A stretch of 64,000 bases of DNA from Octopus vulgaris (lineage: Eukaryota). Location of the stretch: positions 81,158,001 through 81,222,000 of the forward strand of contig OX597817.1 in the NCBI GenBank assembly GCA_951406725.2, written 5' to 3'. Shown here in pieces: positions 52,199-64,000 of this stretch. The notes beneath the pieces were generated by a model, which saw nothing but the letters and a program-made list of their open reading frames with translations, made no database searches and was not told the origin of the DNA. The position numbers were made by a program, and so were the translations under genes. Numbering within the stretch: position 1 is the stretch's first letter; the number at the start of each line of letters is the position of its first letter.

Positions 52199-52858
52199 AC
52201 TACCATTTTTAATTCTTTTTCTTTTGGTGATTACGAACTAGACATTTAGAGAGTGTTGTGTTCTTATTTGAATGCTCCATACCATAGATTTCTGAGTTCA
52301 AATACCTTTATCATTTTCCTATATTGCAAAGGTTGATGTAACTTTAATCGCTATGCTCGACTGGTTGAGTTCTGAGTGCCTGACATTATCTCAGACGCCA
52401 AATACCCAATGTTGCTCTTCGTTTGATCCATTTTGTTCTTTGTACAACCATTCACCATCAACAACATCTCAGTTAATGTTATCGGGAGGCGCTGAAGGAC
52501 GTCTTCGATCCGCCATTATTCCCAAACACTCGGGCAAGGTGCTACCAAATAAAAACTACATACTTCTTCTTGGAATCGATTAGCAAGCGCCCTCCGTGAC
52601 CTGTCAAATACCTAATTGTGGATTTTTTTGTCATGTCGTGCTTCTATCAGCAGCGCCAATAGAAAGGGTTTCATTCCTTTGTATCTAGAAGTACACGCTT
52701 TAGCTTGACAACGAAATCTTCGTGTGTTTTTTACGCTGAAGAAAATGTCGAGTACCATTTTCGCCGTTAGCACTTAGGTAGCGATTATTTTGATAATTCT
52801 TCTCTTCAGACGATTATATCTAGCGAACTAACGATTCTGCCAACTCACCGCCTTAATG

Positions 52859-52911
<53 letters not shown>

Positions 52912-52912
52912 T

Positions 52913-52959
<47 letters not shown>

Positions 52960-52981
52960 AATGATAATAATAATAATAATA

Positions 52982-53472
52982 AAATGCACTGATGCAGTAC
53001 CAGGCAGTGGCTCTCGCGGCTTCTGATCTTAACTAATTGGAAGTGCTTTGCCTTGGTATAAAAGATGGGCTACAGCAAATATTCTGCTCAATACCACACA
53101 TTTGCTTGTCAGTTGTTTGACCTTAACCAGTTAAGCATGTTCCTTAGTGGCTGACAATATGTGGATTTCTGATCACGAGCAGAAGTAGTGGGGGAGCACC
53201 ATAGCCATGTGTCGAGAGGGATTCTTTGGAGTTTGAATAATTCACCTCTGGAAACATGGGTGGTTCTTTCAACATCCTTAAACAACCCTTATTCAGGGAC
53301 CTGCAAGGTCATGCGCTGTTTATCTTGATATGAGATCACCATGTCACGCACATATGGTTATGATGCATGTGCCTGGTGTACCCTTATCAGACGGGTAGTC
53401 ATGATGGGTATACTGGGCTTTGTATATTTTTACCCCAGTGTCACTTTGATGGCATGCACTGCTCTCTCACTC
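52982..53472. mobile_element. ~560-bp element, copy 3 (inverted, internal deletions)
   Basis: AAATGCACTGATGCAGTACC...GCTCTCTCACTC flanked by (AAT)n. Confidence 0.85.
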
Positions 53473-53814
53473 TATAATAATAATAATAATAATAATAATA
53501 ATTCTTTCTTCTATAGACACAAGGCCTGAAACTTTGTGGAAAGGGCTAGTTGATTACATCGACCCCAATACTCAACTGGTTCTTATTTTATCGACACCGA
53601 AAGGATGAAAGTCGAAGTCAACTTTGGTGGAATTTGAACTCAGAGCATAAGGAAAGACAAAATGCCGCGAAGCATTTTGCCCGGCGTGTTAAAGCTTTTG
53701 CCAGCTTGCCATAATGATAGCAACAATAATTTATATCTTAAAACCCATCAGTTTTTCCTTCTTTACTCTTTCATTTCCAATCAAATATAATGCTTTTCAA
53801 TATATGCCTTTCAG

Positions 53815-54020
53815 GTTTCGAACCCGATTACAGATGTCAACATTTGGACAATAAAACGCTAATGGGACTCCGGCAGGAAATAGAAACCAACATCAAAGTC
53901 TACTATCAAGAGTGTGAAATAAATGTAAGAAAAGAAAACAAACCAGATGTGGAACGTACCTTGACCTGTGTGAACAGTTACAACTACTCTACAGGCAAAT
54001 ATAAATCATTCATTTCAGAG
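53815..54020 (+). CDS. SLC22-like gene, coding exon 2 (large extracellular loop)
   Basis: TTTCAG| acceptor; GFEPDYRC...C...C..YNYS...SFISE (Cys-containing loop with N-glycosylation sequons); GAG|GTAAAA donor; 206 nt, phase 1 to 0. Confidence 0.9.
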
Positions 54021-54109
54021 GTAAAAATTTATGGTCGAAATTTCATTATATTGGGTGGGCCAAAACATTTTACTTTTATTCTTTTTTTTTTTTTTTTTTT
54101 TTTGTGAGT

Positions 54110-54510
54110 TGATGAACTAGCAGAACCGTTAGCACGCCGGCCAAGATGCTTTGCGGTATTTCGTCTGCCGTTACGTTCTGAGTTCAAATTCCGCCGAGGT
54201 CGACTTTGCCTTTCATCCTTTCGGGGTCGATTAAATAAGTACCAGTTACGCACTGGGATCGATATAATCGACTTAATCCGTTTGTCTGTCCTTGTTTGTC
54301 ACCTCTGTGTTTAGCCCCTTGTGGGTAGTAAAGAAATAGGTATTTCGTCCGTCTTTACGTTCTGAGTTCAAATTCCGCCGAGGTCGACTTTACCTTTCAT
54401 CCTTTCGGGGTCGATAAAATAAGCACCAGTGAAACACTGGGGGCGATGTAATTAACTAGTCCCCTCCCTCAAAATTTCAGGTCTTATTCCTTTAGTGGAA
54501 AGGATTATTA
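54110..54510 (+). mobile_element. Nin-like SINE dimer
   Basis: Same family and same internal junction GAAATAGGTATTTC. Confidence 0.8.
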
Positions 54511-54841
54511 TTCATTTTGTTCATCCTGTACAAATATTTGTATAATTATCATTATTTTGTTTATTTTATTCAATTTTAGAAAAATTAAAGCCTGTGTTTG
54601 ATAATTCTGGAGTGTATAGAACTTTTTTCGTGTGTGGATTTTGCTCAACCCTGTATTTATGTTTGTAATTAATATACCTATATCGTAAAGGAATTACTTT
54701 ATGGATTGTCATATTGTTTTATTAAATAATAGATATTAGAAAGATGACTGATCTTTGTTACTCCCAAAGCTTATGCACAAGGTAATCTAGAGACCGTGTT
54801 AAACATGTACTGATTGCATGAACAAAGACATAGATAGATAA

Positions 54842-54905
<64 letters not shown>

Positions 54906-55094
54906 GTAGGTAGGTAGGTAGGTAGGTAGGTAGGTAGGTAGGTAGGTAGGTAGGTAGAAATTTATATATGTGTGTATTTTGTCAGTTAAACAATTCGAGT
55001 CGAAATGGAAAAGAAGGGCGCTATGAAAAGGATAGGAACACATTGCGACCAGCAATGTATAAGGACATTTGTTAGCGTGATCAATAAAGATGTG

Positions 55095-55136
<42 letters not shown>

Positions 55137-55451
55137 CAAAAACCAATTACTGATATTTCGAATGCATTTACTACGCAAGTTTCAAGTGGTTATGTAACAA
55201 GTTGTTACTCATATGAATTACCCCTTCAGTCATTACAAGCGAAGTACGTTAAATGCATTCGAAATATCAATAAATGGTTTTCGTTAATATTCAAATACTA
55301 TGTGGCCCGTGTTTATAATTTATTATAATCTAGCTTATCTCTTCTTTGATAATATGATTACAACGCAACACAGATATAAGATAAAAATGTTGATCTAAAC
55401 ACTGAGTCTGAAATATCTGGTGAAGTGTACTGTATTAAAGTATACAACTGA

Positions 55452-55725
<274 letters not shown>

Positions 55726-55796
55726 GCATGCATGCACATACACAACACATAACTATTTTTTATATTTATTATATGTACTAATTTCTGTTTTATCAG

Positions 55797-56027
55797 TGGG
55801 ATCTGGTATGCGACCAAGAAGAATTCGGTAAACTAGTCACTACTGTGTTTCATGTTGGCATGATGATAGGGGCCGCTCTGTTCCCATCTTTAGCGGATAA
55901 GTATGGAAGAAAACCAGTTTACGTCGGAGCTCGGATTGGATCTCTGTTCGTCAATTTGATGGTATTGGTCTCACCCAACTACTCCTTTCTACTTGTCTGC
56001 CGTTTCCTCTGTGGCTTACTTCAACCG
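55797..56027 (+). CDS. SLC22-like gene, coding exon 3
   Basis: TATCAG| acceptor; WDLVCD (completing the SEWDLVC motif) and LADKYGRKP (MFS motif A); CCG|GTAAGA donor; 231 nt, phase 0. Confidence 0.95.
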
Positions 56028-57057
56028 GTAAGAATTATTATTTATTTAGCACAAACGCACAAGCATGGTGTGTGGAAAAAAATCAAGTGACGGGACATAA
56101 CCTCTTCCTTCACTCCTTCATATACAATTCCCCAAAAGCGTTTCATTTTGAATTATTCCTTTTCTTTCTTTTTTTTTTTTCTTTTTTACACTTATTTGTT
56201 TCAATCATTTGATTGCGGCCACGCTGGAGCGCTGCTTTCAAGGGTCTTAGTCAAACAAATTGATCCCAGGGCTTTTTAAAAGCATAGTACTTATTCTTTC
56301 AGTCTCTTGATGAACCGCTAAGTTACAGGGTCGTAAACACACCAATACCAGCTGTCAAGCGGTGATGAGGGGACAAACACAGACATAAAAATACACACCC
56401 AAAGATATATACATATATATATATACGACTGGCTTCTTTCAGTTTCCGTCTACCAAATCCACTCACAAGACTGGTCGGTCCGAGGCTATACTAGAAGATA
56501 CTTGCCCAAGATGCCACGCAGTAGGAGTGAACCCGGAACCATGTGGTTGGGAAGCAAGCATCTTTTTTTTTTTCCATAATTACTAAAGGCATCCAGCTGG
56601 CAGAAACGTTTACACGCCGAACCAAATGCTCAGCAGCATTTCGTCCGCTGATCGGGGCTAAATTGTTGTCGAGCTTTTAAAGAGGAAACTTAGCCTTTTA
56701 ATACAGCTTTGCCGATGTTTTATATGATAAACTGCTGTGAGTCATCAGAGATTCTGGACAATCGCAACGATCGTAAAGTTTTAGTTCTATTTTTTTTTTT
56801 TTTTTACATAGGGAGGAATGTAATAGAATTTTTTTCTCTTGATATCACTCTTTTACTCTTTTACTTGTTTCAGTCATTTGACTGCGGCCATGCTGGAGCA
56901 CCACCTTTAGTCGAGCAAATCGACCCCGGGACTTATTCTTTTGTAAGCCCAGTACTTATTCTATCGGTCTCTTTTGCCGAACCGCTAAGTGACGGGGACG
57001 TAAACACACCTGCATCGGTTGTCAAGCAATGCTAGGGGGACAAACACAGACACACAA

Positions 57058-57132
<75 letters not shown>

Positions 57133-58853
57133 TACGACAGGCTTCTTTCAGTTTCCGTCTACCAAATCCACTCACAAGGTATTGGTCGGCCCGGGGCTAT
57201 AGCAGAAGACACTTGCCCAAGATGCTACGCAGTGGGACTGAACCCGGAACCATGTGGTTGGTTAGCAAGCTACTTACCACACAGCCATATTCATATCGGT
57301 ATATGTAGCGATTACTTTTTGGCATTAACTGTTTTGGTATTGACGTGTCTTTATATGTGGATGTTTTCAAAGACTCTCTTCATGGAAACTGTGCAAGCTT
57401 GCGTAGGTTGCATGTAGATGGAGCCTTTCTACAGAAGTTTGATGAGAAATGGAAAAGTTGCATGATTTGTGGAAGAGAATGTATGCATTTTGTTGGTAGT
57501 GACAGGTAATAGGTCTTTGATATACAGCAGAAAAATATGTGAGATGTAACCGAACCCTGAAGTACACTAAAGTTGATAGGAGGGGAGAGAGAGGGGGGAG
57601 AGAAGGAGCGAGAAAGAATGAAAGAGACCGTACCCGCGCACACTGAGATGGTGTGCATTGGTAGGATATTTTCGATTCTAGAGATGATTAAATGGATAAG
57701 CGCTTTAGACAGGCAACTTAACTAAAAGATTTTCATGTTAAACCGAGTTGAAAGGTCTGCTGGTGACGTCAAAGGCAGCAAAATTGTTTCCGACAAAGTT
57801 CTCAAGGAAGAAAGGTAACTGGTGTGTAACACTGGAGTGTAACCACTGGTAAATGACGTAGGAGAGAAATCGCTGGTGCGTGACGTGGGAGAGAAATTGT
57901 TTGTATGTGACAGAGGTGAAAGATCGCATGTGCGTGACGTAAGAGATAAATCACTGGGGTGTGATGTAAGAGAGAAATCGCTGTTTCGTTCTGATGACCA
58001 AATAATGAAGAGAGAAAAATAGTGGAGATAGTAAAGGGTGTAATTCTTTACATATGTTTCCATCATTTTTCAGATATTGGAAGATAGAGTGGTAGATACT
58101 CGGACAAAAGATGTTGCTCTTCTTGGGAATATACCACAAAGGAAACAAAAAGACTAAAGGCAGTTATAGTTGGCTGTTTGAAAGTACTAACCTACTTATT
58201 GTACACTGTTTACAATATTGTCCTAGTTCTGGTGCCCCGATTAGAAGACTGACCTACAAATGGCTCACCAGCTAATAGTTGTGATCTATTTATAGTACAC
58301 CGGATAATAATAGCGACCTATTTATGATAAACAGGATAATTTATGAGACAGCGCGAGACCCTCCACGTGGTTTTTCGAGCTGGTAGAAATAGCACCCAAA
58401 TCCATGACGCACCATGACCTTCTTAAAAGAATGCATTCGATAATATAGTCCAGTGTACTCTATGCTTGAAAAAAAAGACAGTAATATCATGGCGTGAATG
58501 TATTTAATCAAAAGTATGCTCGATCAGGCTGACCTGGTGTTAAACAACAGCTATTTTCTATTAGTAATTTAGGAATAAAAATATTTCCCTGCAACATGAA
58601 ACAATGAGGAAACGTCTCTATGATCACTCTGTTTGCTAGAAATGGTAGTTATGTCTTCACTACTCTTGTCTAGAAACGTTAGATGATAAAGTCTTTGATA
58701 AACTGCATAAAAGACATTATGGTTATAACTAGAAAGACTTTAATAATGTTCAACCAATACTGATTTCAGACTAAAAATGAGATTCTGGTTGGCCTAATTT
58801 ATATATAACATAAATTATGATTGGTATAACATATACAAAATAGTTTAACATGA

Positions 58854-59584
58854 TGTGTTTGCCGACGTATAAGACGCAAAAAGTGCCCAGCGTCTACTAT
58901 GGCTGTATTGCAGACGTAAGCCGAGTGTCATAGGCTACGGAAGTAGATAAGCATAAAGTCCTCTAGGCACAATAATTGTTAATAATTATAAAATTTTGGT
59001 CTAAAATTTTGGTACAAGGCCAGTAACTTCGGGGGGTGGGGCTAAGTCGCTTACATCGACCCTAAAACACAAATGGTTCTTATTTCATCGATCCGGAAAA
59101 GATGAAAGGTAAAGTCGACCTCGGTGGAATTTGAACTTAGAACATAAAGACGAACGAAATGCCGCTTAGCATTTTGCCCGGCGAGCTAACGATTCTACCT
59201 GCTCGCCACCTTAACTAATTATAAGATATTGAAAACAATCCAAAATATTGTAGTCTGGGAGCACAACCTAACGAAAAATTGCTAATTGTACGCCGGCAGT
59301 TACGTTGGAAAGTAATATTATTTCATTATACTTCTTCCCCAGTATACATTGCTCACACTTCATATACTCTTTTTACTCTTTTTACTTGTTTCAGTTATTT
59401 GGCTGTGGCCATACTGGAGCACTGCCTTTAGTCGAGCAAATCGACCCCAGGACTTATTCTTTGTAAGCTTAGTACTTATTCTATCGGTTGTTTTTGCCGA
59501 ACCGCTAAGTTACGAGGACGTAAACACACCAGCATCGGTTGTCAAGCGATGTCGGGAGGATAAACACAGACACACAAACATATT

Positions 59585-59676
<92 letters not shown>

Positions 59677-60641
59677 TACGACGGGCTTCTTTCTGTTTCC
59701 GTCTACCAAATCCACTCACAAGGCTTTGGTCGGCCCGAGGCTATAGTAGAAGACACTTGCCCAAGGTGCCACGCAGTGGGACTGAACCCGGAGCCATGTG
59801 GTTGGTAAGCAAGCTACTTACCACACAGCCACTCCTACGCCTATGTATTAGAAGTTATTTAATGACTGTCCAACATTTAAGAAGCATTTTTTCTTCCAAT
59901 TAACTAAATGCAAATTCTCCCAGAAAGATAAAAGGACCGTTAAAGTTTCATTCGCTTATCAACTATTTACAATGAGTGGATGACAAAACCATAGCGGTGG
60001 TGCACCACCCTGGTGAATGATTGCGATAACAAGATATTTTAATAATGGAAGGTAAGGTTTATGATATCGGAGGAATATCATCCCTTTCCATCTTTCTTCT
60101 TGTTCTTTATGTAGTTTAGGCTTTCGGCAGGCGAAGAGAAGACTTCAAGTACATCTGCTATTTACAACTGGTTTATTTACAGGAAAGGTGAAGTGTGCTG
60201 CTCTCAGCTTCCATCTTAAGCTCCGAATAGTGCGGACGCATTGCCTCTAGAGATAGACTGGCAGAAAGCTCTGCCAGTGTTGGTGTTCAGCCAATGCTGC
60301 TACAACATCATAGCTAAAAATGAGAGCTTTATGTCCTGCCTGGAATTTCTTGGCTAAAATATAAACTACTACACAGTTTATCACAAAGAAGGTTAATCTG
60401 GAATATGCTATCCGTATAACAGTTTATATATAATAAATTTATGGTTCTAGATTTTATTCCAATACACTGGTCATAGCATTATATATACAAGCACGAATCA
60501 TACAGTATCCCCTAAAAAAACGTTTTAAAATATTTTTCAATGAGTGTATGATAAAACATACTTTATTTTTTCCTACGAAATATACTTGTAAAATGGGGGG
60601 ACATCTTACGTGTGAGTGCATCTTATACGCCGGCAAGTATG
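58854..60641. mobile_element. pogo/Tigger-like non-autonomous element with nested SINEs
   Basis: Inverted ends TTGCCGACGTATAAGACGCA / TGCATCTTATACGCCGGCAA; the interior is degenerate. Confidence 0.5.
59367..59843 (-). mobile_element. tRNA-derived SINE with internal (TA)n/(CA)n and (AAAGAGT)n tail (representative)
   Basis: Head AGGCGTAGGAGTGGCTGTGTGGTAAG...GGTTCAGTCCC; other copies at 56847-57287, 56190-56560, 44510-44770, 28390-28795, 37040-37820 and 23431-23590. Confidence 0.85.
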
Positions 60642-60684
60642 ATACATCACTTATCTTTTTTGTTCCTTTTCACTTTTCTCCTAG

Positions 60685-60887
60685 GGTATGAATGTGCCAG
60701 GAACTACAATGATAGCCGAGCTTTTCCCTACTGAAAATCGAACCCATGTTCTACTACTTGGTGGAGTGATGTGGGTTTCTGGCGTGATGATGATGGCGCC
60801 AATAGCATATATTTTCCGAAATTTCAATTGGCGAATATTACATGCTGTTTTCGCTTTATTTTTCTGTCCTTCTTTATTTGAGATATG
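60685..60887 (+). CDS. SLC22-like gene, coding exon 4
   Basis: Polypyrimidine tract + TAG| acceptor; GMNVPGTTMIAELFPTENR...AYIFRNFNWRIL; TG|GTAAGT donor; 203 nt, phase 2. Confidence 0.93.
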
Positions 60888-61696
60888 GTAAGTTCTCTCC
60901 AGAAAAAAAAATATTGTCTTTTATTTATTCGTGTATTTTCGTTAATTATTACATAAAGATTCCCCAAAATGTTTGTAAATTAATTTTGCTCACGCTACCT
61001 TCGCATTTTGTTTTGTAGATGTTGCTGTTGCTTTGTTATATAATCTTTGTTGATATAGCACGTTGTCTGATGGTAGTCCAGACTTAATGGAGCCGCGGTG
61101 CTCATGATTGGCGTTCGTTATTAAATAGTTTACATGTTATTACTGTATATCGCTCGTCATCGGCGTGGACCAGAACGCTTAACATTCTCTACTCAAATCA
61201 AAGATGAGTCCTACATTTTGCCCTGTACATGGTCGCTCGACCTGTTTAGACATAGCAATCAAATCTCTCTCAAATCACGCATTCCGCCACCTTTTAGAAA
61301 AGTATCGAGCGGGGGGCATTCTGGGTAACGTAGCTCGACACTAAACAAGCCCGAAAAGACATGGTGGCCATGACCAGAATATCTTCAGTCATCGTCTGCC
61401 TGATCAGCTCTGACATGGGATTCTACAAAAACAACAAAAACAATAATAATGACTTTCACTGGATCATGTATTTTGATATTATGTATTATTATTGTTCATC
61501 AAGCATGTTATTAACAGTAGTGTTTTAATTAATGCAAGTTGATTAATATTTCGTTAGTGAAAAGCAGTGGGACTTAACATTGAGCGACATACTTAATCCG
61601 TCTCTCAGTTTAACCCTGCCGCATAGTTCTTTGGAGTTTTTAATGGAGTCCGCTCTGTTATAAGCATCCAGAGTGGATCTCCCATCTAAGATTAAT

Positions 61697-61738
<42 letters not shown>

Positions 61739-63557
61739 ACGCACACATAAATACACACACATATATATATATACATACAAATACACGCATACATGCACAC
61801 ACACCACACTCACACACACACACATATGCACACGTATCGGGCCTCCTGGAAAGAGCTATGATGTTGATCTTCACCGACAAACAGAGCCATTAAAAAAAAA
61901 TAAGCTATCTTCAACAATAATTCAAAACTTTCCCAGTCTGCTATCCATTTTCAGTGCCTCCCTACTCCAGAAATTTCAGGAATTATGGGTTTCATTTCTG
62001 AAACACTGAGGTCAATATCAGACATGGCTAAACCAATAAGGGAATTTCCTCGTGATCGTTGACCCTATTTAAAATGGAAGCCGAAACACCTTCTAATCAT
62101 ACCCTACCATCCTAAAAATAAGCTGCCCCAAATATACAAAAAGACGGGATGATTATGGTTGGAATACCTTTTATCATAGATTTGTTTGATCAGGGTTGAT
62201 GAGGCTTCTAGATTAATCGAATTGTGTTTATATAGGGCTACTGCAACAGCATCGTTTCAACTTAACTACCAAACTGCAAATCACCTCCACCAGAGCTTAC
62301 GCGATGACCCTGTGTCTCATGCTCTTATCTCCCTGGCTAATTCTTACATCACATATAACACATCCCAGACTAAACACTTCACTCAATCACTTGCTTTCCT
62401 CTGGAATTCCTTCTATGCTTATATCTTTTCTTATGCATATATCGGACTATGGAAGTTTAAATTGAATATCTATAGTAGTGTTGGATGTTATCCAATGATA
62501 CTAGTTAATCGTTCATAGACGTCGAGATGCGGTGTAAAGCCGAAAGAAAATGACACTATCGGCCTTCCGCGTGTCGAAGTAACACCACTGGCTCATGTAC
62601 TGAAGCAAAGAATTTCAAACGTTTATCTCGTTTCATAAATAATCTTATTTTATGTCGGGATGTTTACACTCAAAATGCTGGTGTTGTTAAACTGCAGAAG
62701 ACATCTTTGAACAGAGTAACTTAGTGTATTGAATGTGAACTCACGCAAAATACAGTGCAACTGTTACGATCAAACATGGCGTATCATGAAAAATGCTAGT
62801 CGCAGACGAAAAGGTAACTGCTCTATTGTTGTAATGGAAACAAAACAATAGTTACATTATTAGAAGCACCCTCAAGTGACTAAGTCAATTGTTCCAAAAT
62901 TGCTGACAACAAATTATAGCTTAAGGGTGATTATCCCAATTTGCTCCATAATCCCGATCAAGGGAAATCGCCCATCTTAAGTTACGATTTTGTTTTTTGT
63001 TTTTGTTTTGTTTTTTTGTTTGTTTGTTTTTTGTCATTGCTACAGTAGCAGTTTCACTATTGAAGGGAGGATCTCGTAAACATTTCCCCTCTTCTGTGAA
63101 ATCAATTAATAATACTGAGTGGAGTTAACATGCAATATTTTATGTGACAAAAAACTAAGCACGAGTTGTTAACAATGATTTGAATTCATATACTGCCTCT
63201 GATACGAGTACCGCCTTTAAGCAAGACATTTCCACCCACCCAGTATAGACATTTTACATGGAAACCACAATGCATGTTGACAATATTATATGTAATGAGA
63301 AAGCTTTATTATAGCTAATTATTATTTGTTTCCTGTTCCTGTTGTTGTTGGTGGCGGTGATGGTGGTGGCAGCGGTGACTGTTTCTAAGCTTTTTTTTAT
63401 TTTATCTTGGTGATACTTTTTATCACTTGTCGCATTTCTTTCTTACTAATTCCAACGACATCTTTTTAAAGTGACCTTTAGTATGTTATTTCACCTTGAA
63501 ACTACTTCTTCGGTTTGATTCTTTTGCAGAATAATCCCTTGCCTCTCACTGTTTTAG

Positions 63558-64000
63558 GTCTATAGATGAGTCTATACGTTGGTTAATTGCCAAAGACAGA
63601 TGGACAGAAGCAAAACGTCTGATTAAGAAAGCTGCAAAAAAGAATGATGTTGACTATGACCAAGTGGCGTATGTTTATCGCCATTTTGATCCGTTGGGAT
63701 CAGAAGCCTCCCACTCAGACACCTCGTCTCATGTAATTGGAGATGTTGTAGATTCTGCAAAACTGAATTCCATTGAACCTTCTCTAAGTGCCTATACAGG
63801 AGAAATACCTACCCAAATCACGAATGACACTGAATATGTCGACAGTGCTCACAAATCATCGAACAGCTTTTCTCCAAAAATACAGAACAAAAATGTCCAC
63901 ATAACAAGTGCTTCTGGTCAGCTGGCAAAACAGATAAATGCCAACTCTTCGAAAATTAATTCTGCACAAACAGAAGACAGAAATATCGATACAGCGAAAA
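63558..64000 (+). CDS. SLC22-like gene, coding exon 5 (runs off window)
   Basis: TTTTAG| acceptor; (W)SIDESIRWLIAKDRWTEAKRLIKKAAKKN matches the PES.RWL motif after TM6; frame stays open to the window end. Confidence 0.92.

Larger units (their letters stand above)
49372..52625 (+). repeat. Tandem array of six ~542-bp tDNA units
   Basis: tRNA starts are spaced exactly 542 bp apart; spacers are near-identical. Confidence 0.97.

Noticed and set aside
49553-52583. Repeated 67-68 aa ORFs on both strands of the tDNA spacer
   Set aside because: They recur only because the unit is repeated; they have non-ATG starts, no recognisable domain and no splice context.

Overview
AT-rich, microsatellite- and transposon-dense eukaryotic DNA. 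The SINE repertoire suggests a coleoid cephalopod such as Octopus (inference). One protein-coding gene is supported: a + strand SLC22/organic-cation-transporter-like MFS gene with five phase-compatible coding exons (38922 to beyond 64000). Its 14.7 kb first coding intron contains a six-copy 542-bp tandem array of tRNA-Leu(CAG) genes, three of them D-arm variants. The same intron holds a young HERO-like RLE retrotransposon inserted into an R4/Dong-like element with a perfect 62-bp target duplication, plus SINEs and a MITE. Upstream are a decayed Academ-like element, a DD37D (maT) Tc1/mariner, hAT MITEs, R4/Dong and CR1 fragments, and minimal hammerhead-like motifs. A (TAA)n-embedded 560-bp element has its terminal 19 nt reiterated 27 times with heterogeneous junctions. 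Almost all listed ORFs are microsatellite or repeat artefacts. No CRISPR, rRNA or prokaryotic features were seen. All family assignments come from motif recognition by eye, not database searches.
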